From contig NW_013657629.1 in NCBI RefSeq assembly GCF_000142905.1, positions 62,001 to 126,000 of the forward strand: DNA of 64,000 nucleotides. The letters are read 5' to 3'. This stretch comes from Thecamonas trahens ATCC 50062. Its lineage: Eukaryota > Protista > Apusomonadida. Of the stretch, positions 11,192 to 21,609 are shown one piece after another. Numbering within the stretch: position 1 is the first letter of the stretch; each line of letters opens with the position of its first letter. The notes under the pieces were generated by a model, which saw only the letters and a program-made list of their open reading frames with translations, searched no databases and had not been told where the DNA came from. Position numbers and translations under genes: made by a program.

Positions 11192-13743
11192 CTACAGCGA
11201 CTGCAGGTATGCACGGCGCTCATCAACTCGCTTCTTTCCGTGGCGGCGCACCAGCTTCTTGAGTGCCTTTGACGAGCCCATGAGGATGCGGGCATCGTCG
11301 GCCGGCGAGAACGGGTCCTTGATCTTGGCCACCAGCGCTTCACCGGGCTCGGCGCCGCGCTCGACGAGCTTGCGCAGGTACCTCTCGGTCCGGCCCACCG
11401 AGCCGTTAAAGTTGAAGACAAGCCGAACAAGGGTGGCAATCGGAACGCCATAGTTGGTGGAGAGCGCCTGAAGTGCCTCGGCAGCCGACAACATCCTGTT
11501 TTCTGTCCCGACTGCCTCGTCCGCCGCCGCAGCCTGCGCCTTGGTTCGCGACTTGGCCTTGGCCTTGGTCTTGGCCTTGGCCTTGGCCTTGGTCTTCTTG
11601 CTTGATGACTTGCCTGGTCTGTCTGCCAACGACACTTCTTTGGTCGACGACGCCTTTTGGGTCGACGACGCCGGGCGGGCCAATGCTGGGCTGGCCTTCG
11701 CGGGCGTGGATGGCTTAGCCGCGGCCGACGCCGACGCCGGAGGCGGGGATGACGTCTTGCGCCGCGGCGGCGTCGGCAGCGGATCGCTGCCCTTGTTCTT
11801 CCACCACGGCCTAGTCGAGAGATGCTGGCGGACAGCAAGGAGCGCAGCGCGTGCATCTTCATCGTCCGAGTCTGAGAGCTCCATCGTTGCGAGCTTGGCC
11901 CACTCGTTGCGCTCCCCGTCAACGTAGAGGAACATGCTCGAGTTGGCAGCCATCTCCATGGCGGCAATGTCCAGCGGCTGCACGTCGCTGACTACTGCTG
12001 CTCCGCTCAGCGACTTGGCCTTCTTGGCCGCGGGCGCCGCGTCGGACTCGGCGTCGCCTGGCGCCTGGCGCTTGTTTGTGCCACTTGTCGCCGGCGGGAC
12101 GTCCAGAAAGCCAGCCAGCCGCTGCATGGTCAACTCCGGTTGGGCGGCAAGGCCGTTAAAGCGGATGCACAGCGCCTGAAAGGTCCGAGTCGGGAACAGA
12201 CCATCGCCCGTCGCCTGCCTGAAAATGTCCCTCGTTGAGATGCCCTCATGGGCCGCCTGCATTGCCGTCGCATACTGCCAAATCGCCGCGTCCTCCGCGT
12301 CGGTGTACTTGCGCGACTTGCTCGACGAGAGCTTCTCGGTCATGGCCCGGGCCATGGCCGCTGCCGCCTCCACCGAGACCGTTGACTGGTCCGGCGTCGC
12401 AGGCTGCCTGGTCGCCGCTGCTGCCACCGCCGCCGCCTCGGCGCTGGCCTTGGCTCCCTTGCCATTCTTGGCATTCTTAGCTTCCTTGGCCGCGGCCGCC
12501 GCTGCAGCCTTGCCGGCCTTGACCGCCGCTGCACGGGCGCCCCTGACCTGCTTCTCCGTCGGCAGACGGGCTTCAACGTTGATGCGCGTGAGCTGGGCCT
12601 GACGAGTCTTGGGCAGCTGGACCAGCTCGGCCCATTGCTCCTTGAGTGCGGCGGCCGACATGCCGTCGACGAGCCCCAGCACGGCTGCAACCTCCCACAG
12701 CCACTTGCTGTCAGCATGCGCGGCGGCATATCTGAGGATGACCGCGTTGTCGACGTCGGTAAAGGCAGCGTCAAGTCGAGCCTCGTCCTCAGCGTCATCT
12801 TCGGCCTTCTTACTGTTCTGATGCGGCGTGAGCTCGTCGACCGCAATGGCGCGGAGGCGGGCTTTGTATGCGTCGGGCTTTCCCACGATGGAGCGCCACC
12901 GCCCGTAGAGAGCCTCGGCGTTGCGGCCTTTGATGAGACCAATCCGCTCCGCCAGCTTCCACGTCTTGCGCGACATGATTGTCGCCCCAGCCGCGATCTC
13001 GGCCTCAGCAAACCGCAGCATCACCGCCTCATCCATCATGGAATACGGCTGGCGGGCTTGCGAATGTGCGGCGACAGGCTCGGGCTTGTCAGTCGCGGCG
13101 TACTCGCTGAGCGGCAGCAGCTTGCCGGCCGCCACTGAGTCGGTGACAAATCGCTCCAAGTACGCCTTGCCCACCCGCTTAGACTGCCCCGGCGACAGCT
13201 TCTTTGGCACCAGTACAATGCAGTCCTTCACCTTTGTCGTCGCCATCCGACCGCCGTGCTTCTGTCTCCCGCAACCAGCCGCAACCGACCAACAGCACCA
13301 TCATCACCATCGCCCGTCGCCACGCCACCACCAGTAGCAACGCCACCACGTCCCACCACCATCAGCATTGCCAATCACCACGATTACCACGCCCACCACG
13401 CCGCACCGCGACCACCGCGACCACCACCAACACCACCACCACCACCCGCAGCACATCCCCCACCAACACCACCACCACCACCACCCGTAGCACATCCCCC
13501 GCAAACACCATCACCAACCCAGCCCGCACCATGAGTACACTGCCCTTCCTCTCTTCCCTCTCTCCTCCACCAACCCTTGCCTTTCCCTTGGCGCCAACCT
13601 TGGCGCCACCGGCCACCAGCCGCCGCCCATGCCCGCTGTGTACGTACCGTGATAAGCTCCCGCATTTGCTTCTTTGTCTTTCCCATGCTCATGTAGAACA
13701 CCATGGGGAGGCCACCTGCTGTGAACAGCTTGGATGCCGACAT
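11192..13743 (-). CDS. RAP1: RAP1/TERF2IP-like telomere protein (BRCT, three Myb-like repeats, Rap1 C-terminal domain); 2 exons
   Basis: Exon1 13743-13648 (MSASKLFTAGGLPMVFYMSMGKTKKQMRELIT), intron 13647-13262, exon2 from 13261 (KHGGR..FVTDSVAAGKLLPLSEY), resembling the RAP1 BRCT. Myb starts RQPYSMMDEAVMLRF, FTDVDNAVILRY, RKYTDAEDAAIWQY. RCT-like end FSPADDARIL..LVRRHGKKRVDERRAYL. Confidence 0.8.
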
Positions 13744-14107
13744 GGTGGTGGGTGAGGTGGTGTCAGGGGAAGGCTAAGTGGCCGTGTCCTCGCAGCCAGC
13801 TCCCGCTCTACGACCTTTTTCGGAGCGTGACAAGCCGTCGTCCTGCTCCCCATCATCTCCCCTTACACACACACACGCATGCGACCTTCCCATAATACCC
13901 GTTACGGGCCGTGCTCAGGCCCTCGCCATCTCTTCTGGATGCATGTGTCGCCTTGTTTGTCCCCTGAACTCTTGAACGGGGCGGCAGGGTGGCTACGACG
14001 AGGTGTGCCAGGCAGAGGTGGGGGAGGGGGGCGGGTGGTGACCGTGATCACCATCGATCATGATCGGGCTTGTGATCAATGGCAACACACCTCACGCGCT
14101 CTTCACC

Positions 14108-14404
14108 ATGGCGACGTCGACGGCGACCAAGAACACCATTACCCTCCGCGGCTCTACCGCCATTGTCACTGAGTTCTTTGGCTACTCCATCAACTCGTAC
14201 GTATCCCTCCCTCTCTCCCCCGCTCCCTGCTTCCCGCTCACACCTCCCGCTCCTGTGGAAGGGTAAGGGCGGAGAGGAAGGGAGGGGGGGGGGGGTGGCC
14301 AGCCGAATGGCGCGCACTGTTTTGGCGCGCCTGGCGGAGGGAGGCACACCGGTGCCACACACACATGCATACATACATGCCGACACATGGATGAACACAT
14401 ACGC

Positions 14405-14450
<46 letters not shown>

Positions 14451-15356
14451 GTATGCACTACGCATACACACTCTGTACACACGTATGCCTGTACGGGCTC
14501 ACACATGCACATACACGCACATCCGTTCAGACTACCGTCACCACCACCAGGTCCACCGGCCCACACACATACCCATGCATCCCCCCCCCCCCCCCACACA
14601 CACACATCCCTACATACATGCGCACACACATCCCACATACCAACAAGGCACACTGGCAAGTACAACTGTTTCACACCCCCCACCCCCCACCCCCCCCCCC
14701 CACACACACACACACGCAGCATCCTCTACCAGCGCGGCATCTACCCTCCCGAGTCGTTTGTTCGTGTCAACAAGTACGGTCTCACCATGCTTGTCACAGA
14801 CGACGACGGGCTCAAGGCTTACCTCGGCGATGTGCTCGCTCAGCTGAATGGTACGCTGCGTCTTTTTGCTGCACCCTCTCCGAAAATATTTCCCCGTTCC
14901 GAACCCCCCCCCTTCCTCCCTCCCCCCAACCCCTCACCCCTCACCACACATGTCCTTCTCCCCCGTCCAGACTGGCTGCTTGGCCACTGTGTGCAGAAGC
15001 TGGTCCTTGTCATCACCTCGGTAGCCACCAACGAAGTGCTCGAGCGGTGGACGTTTGACATCGAGGCCGACAAGGCCGTCGACGACGGCGCCACAGTCGA
15101 GGCCCGTCCGGACAAGGAGGTCAAGGGCGAGATCCAGGCCATCATCCGCCAGATCACCGCCTCGGTCACCTTCCTGCCCATGCTCGAGGAGGCGTGCACC
15201 TTTGATCTGCTCGTCTACACCGACAACGACCTCGCCGTCCCGCTCGCATGGGAGGAGTCCGATCCCAAGTACATCGCCAACTCGGAGGAGGTCCGTCTCC
15301 GCTCCTTCACCACCCAGATCCACAAGGTCGACACCATGGTCTCGTTCAAGGCCTAG
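14108..15356 (+). CDS. MAD2: Mitotic spindle checkpoint protein MAD2 (HORMA domain); 3 exons
   Basis: Exons 14108-14196, 14720-14850 and 14971-15356 join to ITLRGSTAIVTEFFGYSINSILYQRGIYPPESF..KYGL..LERWTFDI..EIQAIIRQITASVTFLP..WEESDP..LRSFTT.IHKVDT.VS. Confidence 0.96.
14355..14715 (+). repeat. CA-rich simple repeats ((CATACA)n, poly-C) in MAD2 intron 1
   Basis: Directly visible low-complexity tracts. Confidence 0.85.
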
Positions 15357-15527
15357 CGCGCCAAGCCTATGCTGTTCCTCCTCCTACCCTCCCCCCATCA
15401 CACACCGGCCGGCCCAAACCTCTCATTCGCCCCTCGCGGCGTTAAACCCTACTGTAACCACTTTACCACCACACTCGCAGCTCTCACGCCGTCATCAAGG
15501 AGTGTGCTGCTTCCTGTCGACTGAGAG

Positions 15528-16841
15528 CTAAGACGACGACGACGAGGATGACGAGGAGGAGGAGGAGGAGGAGAAAGACTTCTGGCCATTGTTGTGTGTG
15601 GAGGCGGCGGTCGGAGGAGCATCAGCATCGATGTGCTCATCGCCCTCGATACTCTCACCGTCGTCACTGCTCTCACCATCGTCACCGCTCTCGCTGCTCT
15701 CGCCCGAGCCCGAGTGCGGGGAGTCTTGGTTCTCGACGCCAAAAGACCATCCGCGGACGAGGCCAGCAGCGATGCGGGCAATCAGATCGGGCTGGGTCTC
15801 GACCGCCGGGTTGCCGTCCACCTCGCACACTCGCAGCTGGGCGAGGGCGGCAAAGACAGGCGGCAGGTGGGTGAGTGCGTTGCGGGCGAGATGAAGAAAC
15901 TTGAGCTCTGGATGGGATTCGGCCCAAGGGTAGCCGTCGACGCTCGCGATGCGGTTATCGTTGAGCGAGAGGATCTCAAGCGCTGAACCGAGCGGCGGCT
16001 GAGGGAGCAGAGTCAGCTCGTTGCCGTTGGCGTACACCTTGTTGAGCATCGGCAGCTCCGCGAGGCTTGCTGGAAGCGCAGAGAGTGCATTGTTGTTGAT
16101 GTAGAGCTCTTCCAATGCGACAAGGTTGCCGACGGCATCCGGCAGCTCGGCGATGGCATTGTCCGAGAGGTACAGCTTCTGGAGCGAGGTCATGGCGCCG
16201 ATCGAGTCCGGAACCGCTGCCAACGCGTTGTCCATCAGAAAGAGCTTTTCGCACGCAGCCCAACTCGCGAATAGATCGTCGGGCAAGGCTGCGAGCTGTT
16301 TGTTGCCGTTGATGGCGATGTGGGCCAGCGCAACGCAATCGCGCAACTCGGCCGGCAGGGCGGTGACCGCCGTCCCGCACACATGCAGGACAACAAGCCG
16401 CGGCCATGCCGGCGCCGGAGGCAATGCAGCCAGCAGCGGCAGATCGTTGAGATACAGCTGGCGCAAGTCGGTGTAGCCCGACCAGGCCGCAGGCAACGCC
16501 GCCAGCTCTGGGTTGCCCGACACGTTGAGCTCCTGCATCGCAATCAGAGCCTCCGCGACGTCATCCGAGAGCTCAACAAGCGCGTTGTTGGCCAAATACA
16601 GCAGCTGCAGGTCAGCCATCAGAGCCAGCGAGTCCGGCAGCGCGGTCAGCGCGTTATCCTGTAGCCATAGCTCTGTGACGGGCACCTTGCAGGTACGTAC
16701 GGCCTTGATGAGACTCTTCTCGCTCAGCACCTCGAGCCCGAGCCCCTGACAATGGAGCTTTCCCGTCTCCTTCCCGGCCTTGACCGCCGCCTTCACCGCC
16801 CGCTCACTGGCCTTGGCCTCCTTGCTCGTGCTGCTGCCCAT
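15528..16841 (-). CDS. Leucine-rich repeat protein, probably N-myristoylated
   Basis: Starts MGSSTSKE (MGxxxS); many LxxLxLxxNxLxxLP repeats; acidic/Ser-rich tail. Confidence 0.88.
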   Translation of the reverse strand: MGSSTSKEAKASERAVKAAVKAGKETGKLHCQGLGLEVLSEKSLIKAVRTCKVPVTELWLQDNALTALPDSLALMADLQLLYLANNALVELSDDVAEALIAMQELNVSGNPELAALPAAWSGYTDLRQLYLNDLPLLAALPPAPAWPRLVVLHVCGTAVTALPAELRDCVALAHIAINGNKQLAALPDDLFASWAACEKLFLMDNALAAVPDSIGAMTSLQKLYLSDNAIAELPDAVGNLVALEELYINNNALSALPASLAELPMLNKVYANGNELTLLPQPPLGSALEILSLNDNRIASVDGYPWAESHPELKFLHLARNALTHLPPVFAALAQLRVCEVDGNPAVETQPDLIARIAAGLVRGWSFGVENQDSPHSGSGESSESGDDGESSDDGESIEGDEHIDADAPPTAASTHNNGQKSFSSSSSSSSSSSSSS

Positions 16842-17237
16842 GATGGCCGCCAAGTCCGCGGATCAGCGAATGCTTCGGTCGATTACGTGGTCAATCTCTG
16901 CTTGCCTGGCGCCGCTAGCCTGTCCAAACTCCAACTGCTCGAGCTGTTGCTCGTCAGGTCGATGTGTGATGTCGCTCGCCCGGTCGGTCGACGGCACAAC
17001 TCGCGCGACTGCCTGCGGCCGCAGACTCCCACGCCGAATACTCCAAGCTGTGCCCTTCGCCGCTGCTCTGTTCGCCTCGCCGCTCGCCGTCTGTTGGTCC
17101 CTGGCCAGCAACTCGCTCTCCTCCTCTCCTCGCCTCTACTCTGCCCGTACCGGTGTCCGAGTCGAGTTGCCTCTCCTGCCGCGCCCACTCGCACTCGCTT
17201 CTGTTCTGGCATGCGGCCGCCGGGCTGATGGCCTACT

Positions 17238-20200
17238 TCAATCCTGAGGAGACAACAACGAGCGCCGCCGAGGCTCGGAAGAGGGGGTGACGGGAAGGAC
17301 GCCTGCGTTGGCGACGGAGGAGCGACGGGAGCCGGGGCGGGAGCCGGGCTTGCCCGAGTTGGTGTTGGTCGGCGTTGCCGAGCGCTGGTACTTGGCCTGG
17401 GCGAGGCGCTTGATGAGCTCCATGCGCTGACGCTCGAGCTCGCCCATGACGGCGCCCTTGACCTTGACCTCGCGGGCGGCAATGGTCTTGATCTCGTTCT
17501 CCTTAGCCTTGCGCTTCTCCTCCTTGTTCTTGGTCTTGACCTCCATCAGGCGGTCGCCGAGCAGTCGGTTCTTGGCCTTGACCGAGTTGGCCTTCTCCTG
17601 GGCAACCTTGAGCAGCTTCTTGGAGACCTTGAGCTTGGCGCGATACTTTTCGGCGGCGGTGCGGATGGCCTCGACGTCGCCAGCAAGCTCAGAGTTCTTC
17701 TTGCGCTCGGCGATGAGCGCCTCCTTGAGTGCTTTGCGCGACTTGGACTTGTCCACGAGTGCCGTGCGGTACTGCTCGAGCGAGGCCTCGAGCTCGTTGA
17801 TCCGCAAGTGTGCCTCTTGCAACGTGAGCTGCGACGTCGCCGCGAGCTTCTTGGACTCGGCCTTGGCCATCGAGATGGCCGACTGCGACTGCGAGAGCTC
17901 GGCGGACATGTCCGAGTTCTGCGACTCGAGAGTGGCAATCTTTTCTAGCGCGGCCTCGAGCTCGGCCTCGACGTCGATGAGCTTGAGGTGTGCTGCGTTG
18001 GCGTCACGCGTCTTGGACTCGAGCGCCTTCTCCACCACCTTGAGCGATTCCTTGAAGCCAGCCGCCTTTGTCGCCGTCTCTGAGAGCTTGTTCTCGAGCT
18101 GTGTGTTGGTGGCTGCTAGCGGCTCGGCCGCCGCCTTGGCTGCGGTCACCTGAGCCCGCAGCTCCTTGAGCGTCGCGCCGGCCTCGTTGTTCGACGCCAC
18201 GTGCGCGGCCTGCTCGGCCCGCAGCGCCACCATCAGCTCCTCAATCCGCTTTGACATGCGCTCCTTCTCTGAGAGCAGGTCCATCTGGACCTGCCGCGCC
18301 TCCTGCGCTGCCATGGCCGCCGACGCCGCCGCCGAGGTCTTGTGCGCCTCGACGGCGGCGGCGACCTTGGCGTCGAGCTCGGCCTGCGTGTACATGCGCC
18401 CACCGTTGCTTGGTGCTGCAGACACGGGTGCTGTCGTCGGTGCGTCGGGTGCTGCCGCCGCAACCGCGGCGTGTGCATCGGTGTCCTCCACCGAGATGGA
18501 GAACGTAGTGATAGCCGACGCCTTGGCCTCGGCCTCGTCCTCAGCGGCCAGCGCTGCGTTGGCGGCCTCGATCTTGGCCGTCCGCTCGGCAGCGCGCTTG
18601 CCGGCAAGGTGCGCCCGAAAGTATGAGACGTACGTCATGATCGAGTGCGGATCGGGCGCCTTGACGACTGCCTCGGGCACCAGGAGCTGCGGAATGTCGA
18701 GCTCCATGTCGGCGGTGGCAAAGGCATTGGACATGGAACGGACCGGGTCGTCCAACGACATGCCGGCATAGTTAAAGGCATCGGCGCCCGCAGCAAGCTC
18801 GGTGAGGGCGCAGAAAGCACGCCCATCCTGGAAGCATGAGCCAAAGTTCGTCACGGTGATCGAGTACGCCTTGAGCTCAGACGCCACCCACTGGAGCAGG
18901 CTCTGCGTACCGGCCATCGACTGTGAGAGCGAGACGGCACGCTCGCCGACGCGCGGGACTGCCAGGCCGCCCGACGTGCCTGACGAGCGGCCCTCAGACG
19001 ACGACGATGACGAGTTTCGGAGCTGGCGCGAGCGCCGCCGCGCCATGCGGTCGGCGAGCGATGTCGGCGCCGAAGACGACGTCGACGCAGCTGCTGCCCG
19101 CGATGCCGCTGCCGCCACAGAGTCTTCGGCAATGGCATTGATCTGGTACTTGCAGATAAGGAGCCAAAGGAAGCCGAGGACCATGCGGACGTCTGTGGCC
19201 GAGGTGACAAGAAAGTTGTCGGGATCGCACGTCACCCGGATCCCGCGGTCCTCAATGTGCTTGAGCGCCAGCTGGATGTTTTCTACAATCTGGATCCGGA
19301 TCCGCGGCGACGTCTTGTACTTGCCGCCGTTGACGTCCTCGCCTGTCAGATTACGCACAAACGTGATGAGCGTCAACCCGTCGGCAAACTGGGCAATGTC
19401 GTCCATCCGCTCACCCGTCTTGCGCAGATACGAGTTGACCCATGCCGTGAACGTCTGTTGCGGTTGCGCCACAGGCAGAGCATTGCATGCCAACACAGGG
19501 GGGGTCACGGTCCAGGTCCAGGACGGCCGACATCAACGATATGCCACCCATCATGCACGTGAGGGTTCCACCAAGCCCGAGAACCAGCCACCAAGCCCGA
19601 GAACCGAGAACCAGCCAGCCAGCCAGCCACCAAGCCCAAGCAAGCCAAGCCCAAGCAGACCAGCCCAAGCCCGAGCGAGAGAGATAGTGGGCAGACCAGC
19701 GGAGAGATGGGGGGGGGGGGCGNNNNNNNNNNNNNNNNNNNNNNNNNNNNNNNNNNNNNNNNNNNNNNNNNNNNNNNNNNNNNNNNNNNNNNNNNNNNNN
19801 NNNNNNNNNNNNNNNNNNNNNNNNNNNNNNNNNNNNNNNNNNNNNNNNNNNNNNNNNNNNNNNNNNNNNNNNNNNNNNNNNNNNNNNNNNNNNNNNNNNN
19901 NNNNNNNNNNNNNNNNNNNNNNNNNNNNNNNNNNNNNNNNNNNNNNNNNNNNNNNNNNNNNNNNNNNNNNNNNNNNNNNNNNNNNNNNNNNNNNNNNNNN
20001 NNNNNNNNNNNNNNNNNNNNNNNNNNNNNNNNNNNNNNNNNNNNNNNNNNNNNNNNNNNNNNNNNNNNNNNNNNNNNNNNNNNNNNNNNNNNNNNNNNNN
20101 NNNNNNNNNNNNNNNTCCTGGCCACCGGTCCGGAGAGGGTTTGGCGACCGGAGAGTGTGTTGCGATAACGTAGGCAGAGGTAGCGGTGGAGGGGGAGGGG

Positions 20201-20389
20201 GGTGGGGGGTGGGGGTAGAGACGGGGGAGGGGATGGGGATGGGGATGGGTGGGTGCAACACTATGTCCTCTCCCTCTATCCATGGCTGTGGTGGGGGGTG
20301 GCGGGGTGTAAAGGTGGGCGTACAAGCTTCTGCGTCTGGTCGTAGTCGCTGAGAACAATGGGTTTGCGGGCGCGTGAGCGGGAGGACAT
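17238..20389 (-). CDS. Tandem calponin-homology actin-binding protein with long coiled coil (cortexillin/actinin-like); 2 exons
   Basis: Exon1 20389-20324 (MSSRSRARKPIVLSDYDQTQKL, then GTACGC) joins across an intron spanning the N gap to exon2 at 19454 (TFTAWVNSYL..ENIQLAL..LGFLWLLI). CH2: LLQWV..TNF..FQDGRAFCAL..PDPHSIMTYVSYF. Lys-rich coiled-coil C-terminus. Confidence 0.88.
19723..20115. other. Assembly gap (N run) inside a G-rich intron
   Basis: Run of Ns next to a poly-G tract. Confidence 0.99.
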
Positions 20390-21159
20390 GACCGCAGACA
20401 GCGACAAGTACCCACCAGCCGTCCTTCAATTAATGTCCTTCCATTTAATCGTTCGTTGGCCACCCGTCCCCTTCAGTCGTGGCCTGCCACCACCGGGCGG
20501 ACACCGGCCACTCCGTTACTGCTACGGCATTTGCTGCTCGCCCTGTTGCCTGCTATCACGCTGATGAACAACAAGAACACATGCACACAAACACACACAC
20601 ACACACTCATACCATACATTAGTTCGTCTGCTCAATGGCATCGCTGCACCTCGATAGCGGTGAGGGATGGTCGGATGTAGCTCAGAGGTGCCACCGACGC
20701 GCTGTGAGCTACAGTACGACAGCGATGTAGGGACAGCAATGACAGGACGAGGCCATATCACACTGATACTGCTAGCACACCTCCCTGCCCACCCATCATC
20801 CGACCAATCTCGCCATCGCCCTCGCCCTCGCCATTGCCATCGCCGCCACCACCGCACTCCCGACCAGCCCACAGACGCAAGTCATCGACAAGGCCACATC
20901 ACACCGACTCGACTCGCACTCGCACTCCATCCCCATCCCCATCCCCCTCCCCCTCCCGCGCATGCGCCAAGCCGATCCCGATCCATTCGATCCCCTTCTG
21001 TCGCCATCATGAGCCGTTCTTCCCTGCCGTATCCCGCTCCGCTCCGCCCCGCTCGGCACCGAGCCGAACCCTCCGCCCGCCGTAAGCGACCGCCGCAGGA
21101 GGGCCGAGCGTGACCGGCAGCAAGCGGGCCACACCTCTCCAGACACGCACCCGACAGGC

Positions 21160-21588
21160 ATGGCGACTACAGAGGCTGCACTCCCTGCTCTTGAGCAGAC
21201 GACAAAGACGGTGCACTTTGCCGACACCCCCTTTGTCCTCCGGGTCACTCCCCTCGCCGGCGCCCTCATGGTTACCGCCTCGGCCGGTGCCTCCCTCCCG
21301 GCGGCTCTCGGCAGCTTTGCCGTCAGCTACCCGACGAGTCTGACGCCATCAGCGAGTGGCTCGAGCACGGCAAGCGGTCCTCTGCCAGCGGCTGGGCTCA
21401 TTGGCTCGGGATCGACCTCGTGCGATGTGGCAGAGGCCATGGCCAAGCGCATCGCTGCCGTCACCAACGTGCCGGTCTATGTGGCCTACGCCCCGCCGCC
21501 CGGCGGTATTGACCCCATGGTCGACGCCTGGGTCGAGAAGGAGGTCCTCAAGTTTGTGGTCGAGGTAGCTCCGGCAGAGGCCCACTAA
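21160..21588 (+). CDS. Proteasome assembly chaperone 4-like (PAC4/PSMG4)
   Basis: 142 aa; LGSFAVSYP..LIG...AEAMAKRIA...PVYVAY..VEKEV pattern and size resemble PAC4. Confidence 0.7.
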   Translation: MATTEAALPALEQTTKTVHFADTPFVLRVTPLAGALMVTASAGASLPAALGSFAVSYPTSLTPSASGSSTASGPLPAAGLIGSGSTSCDVAEAMAKRIAAVTNVPVYVAYAPPPGGIDPMVDAWVEKEVLKFVVEVAPAEAH

Positions 21589-21609
21589 CTATGCGCATGT
21601 TGGCCTACT

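Noticed and set aside
18802-20463. ORFs spanning the N run
   Set aside because: Artefacts of translating through the assembly gap.
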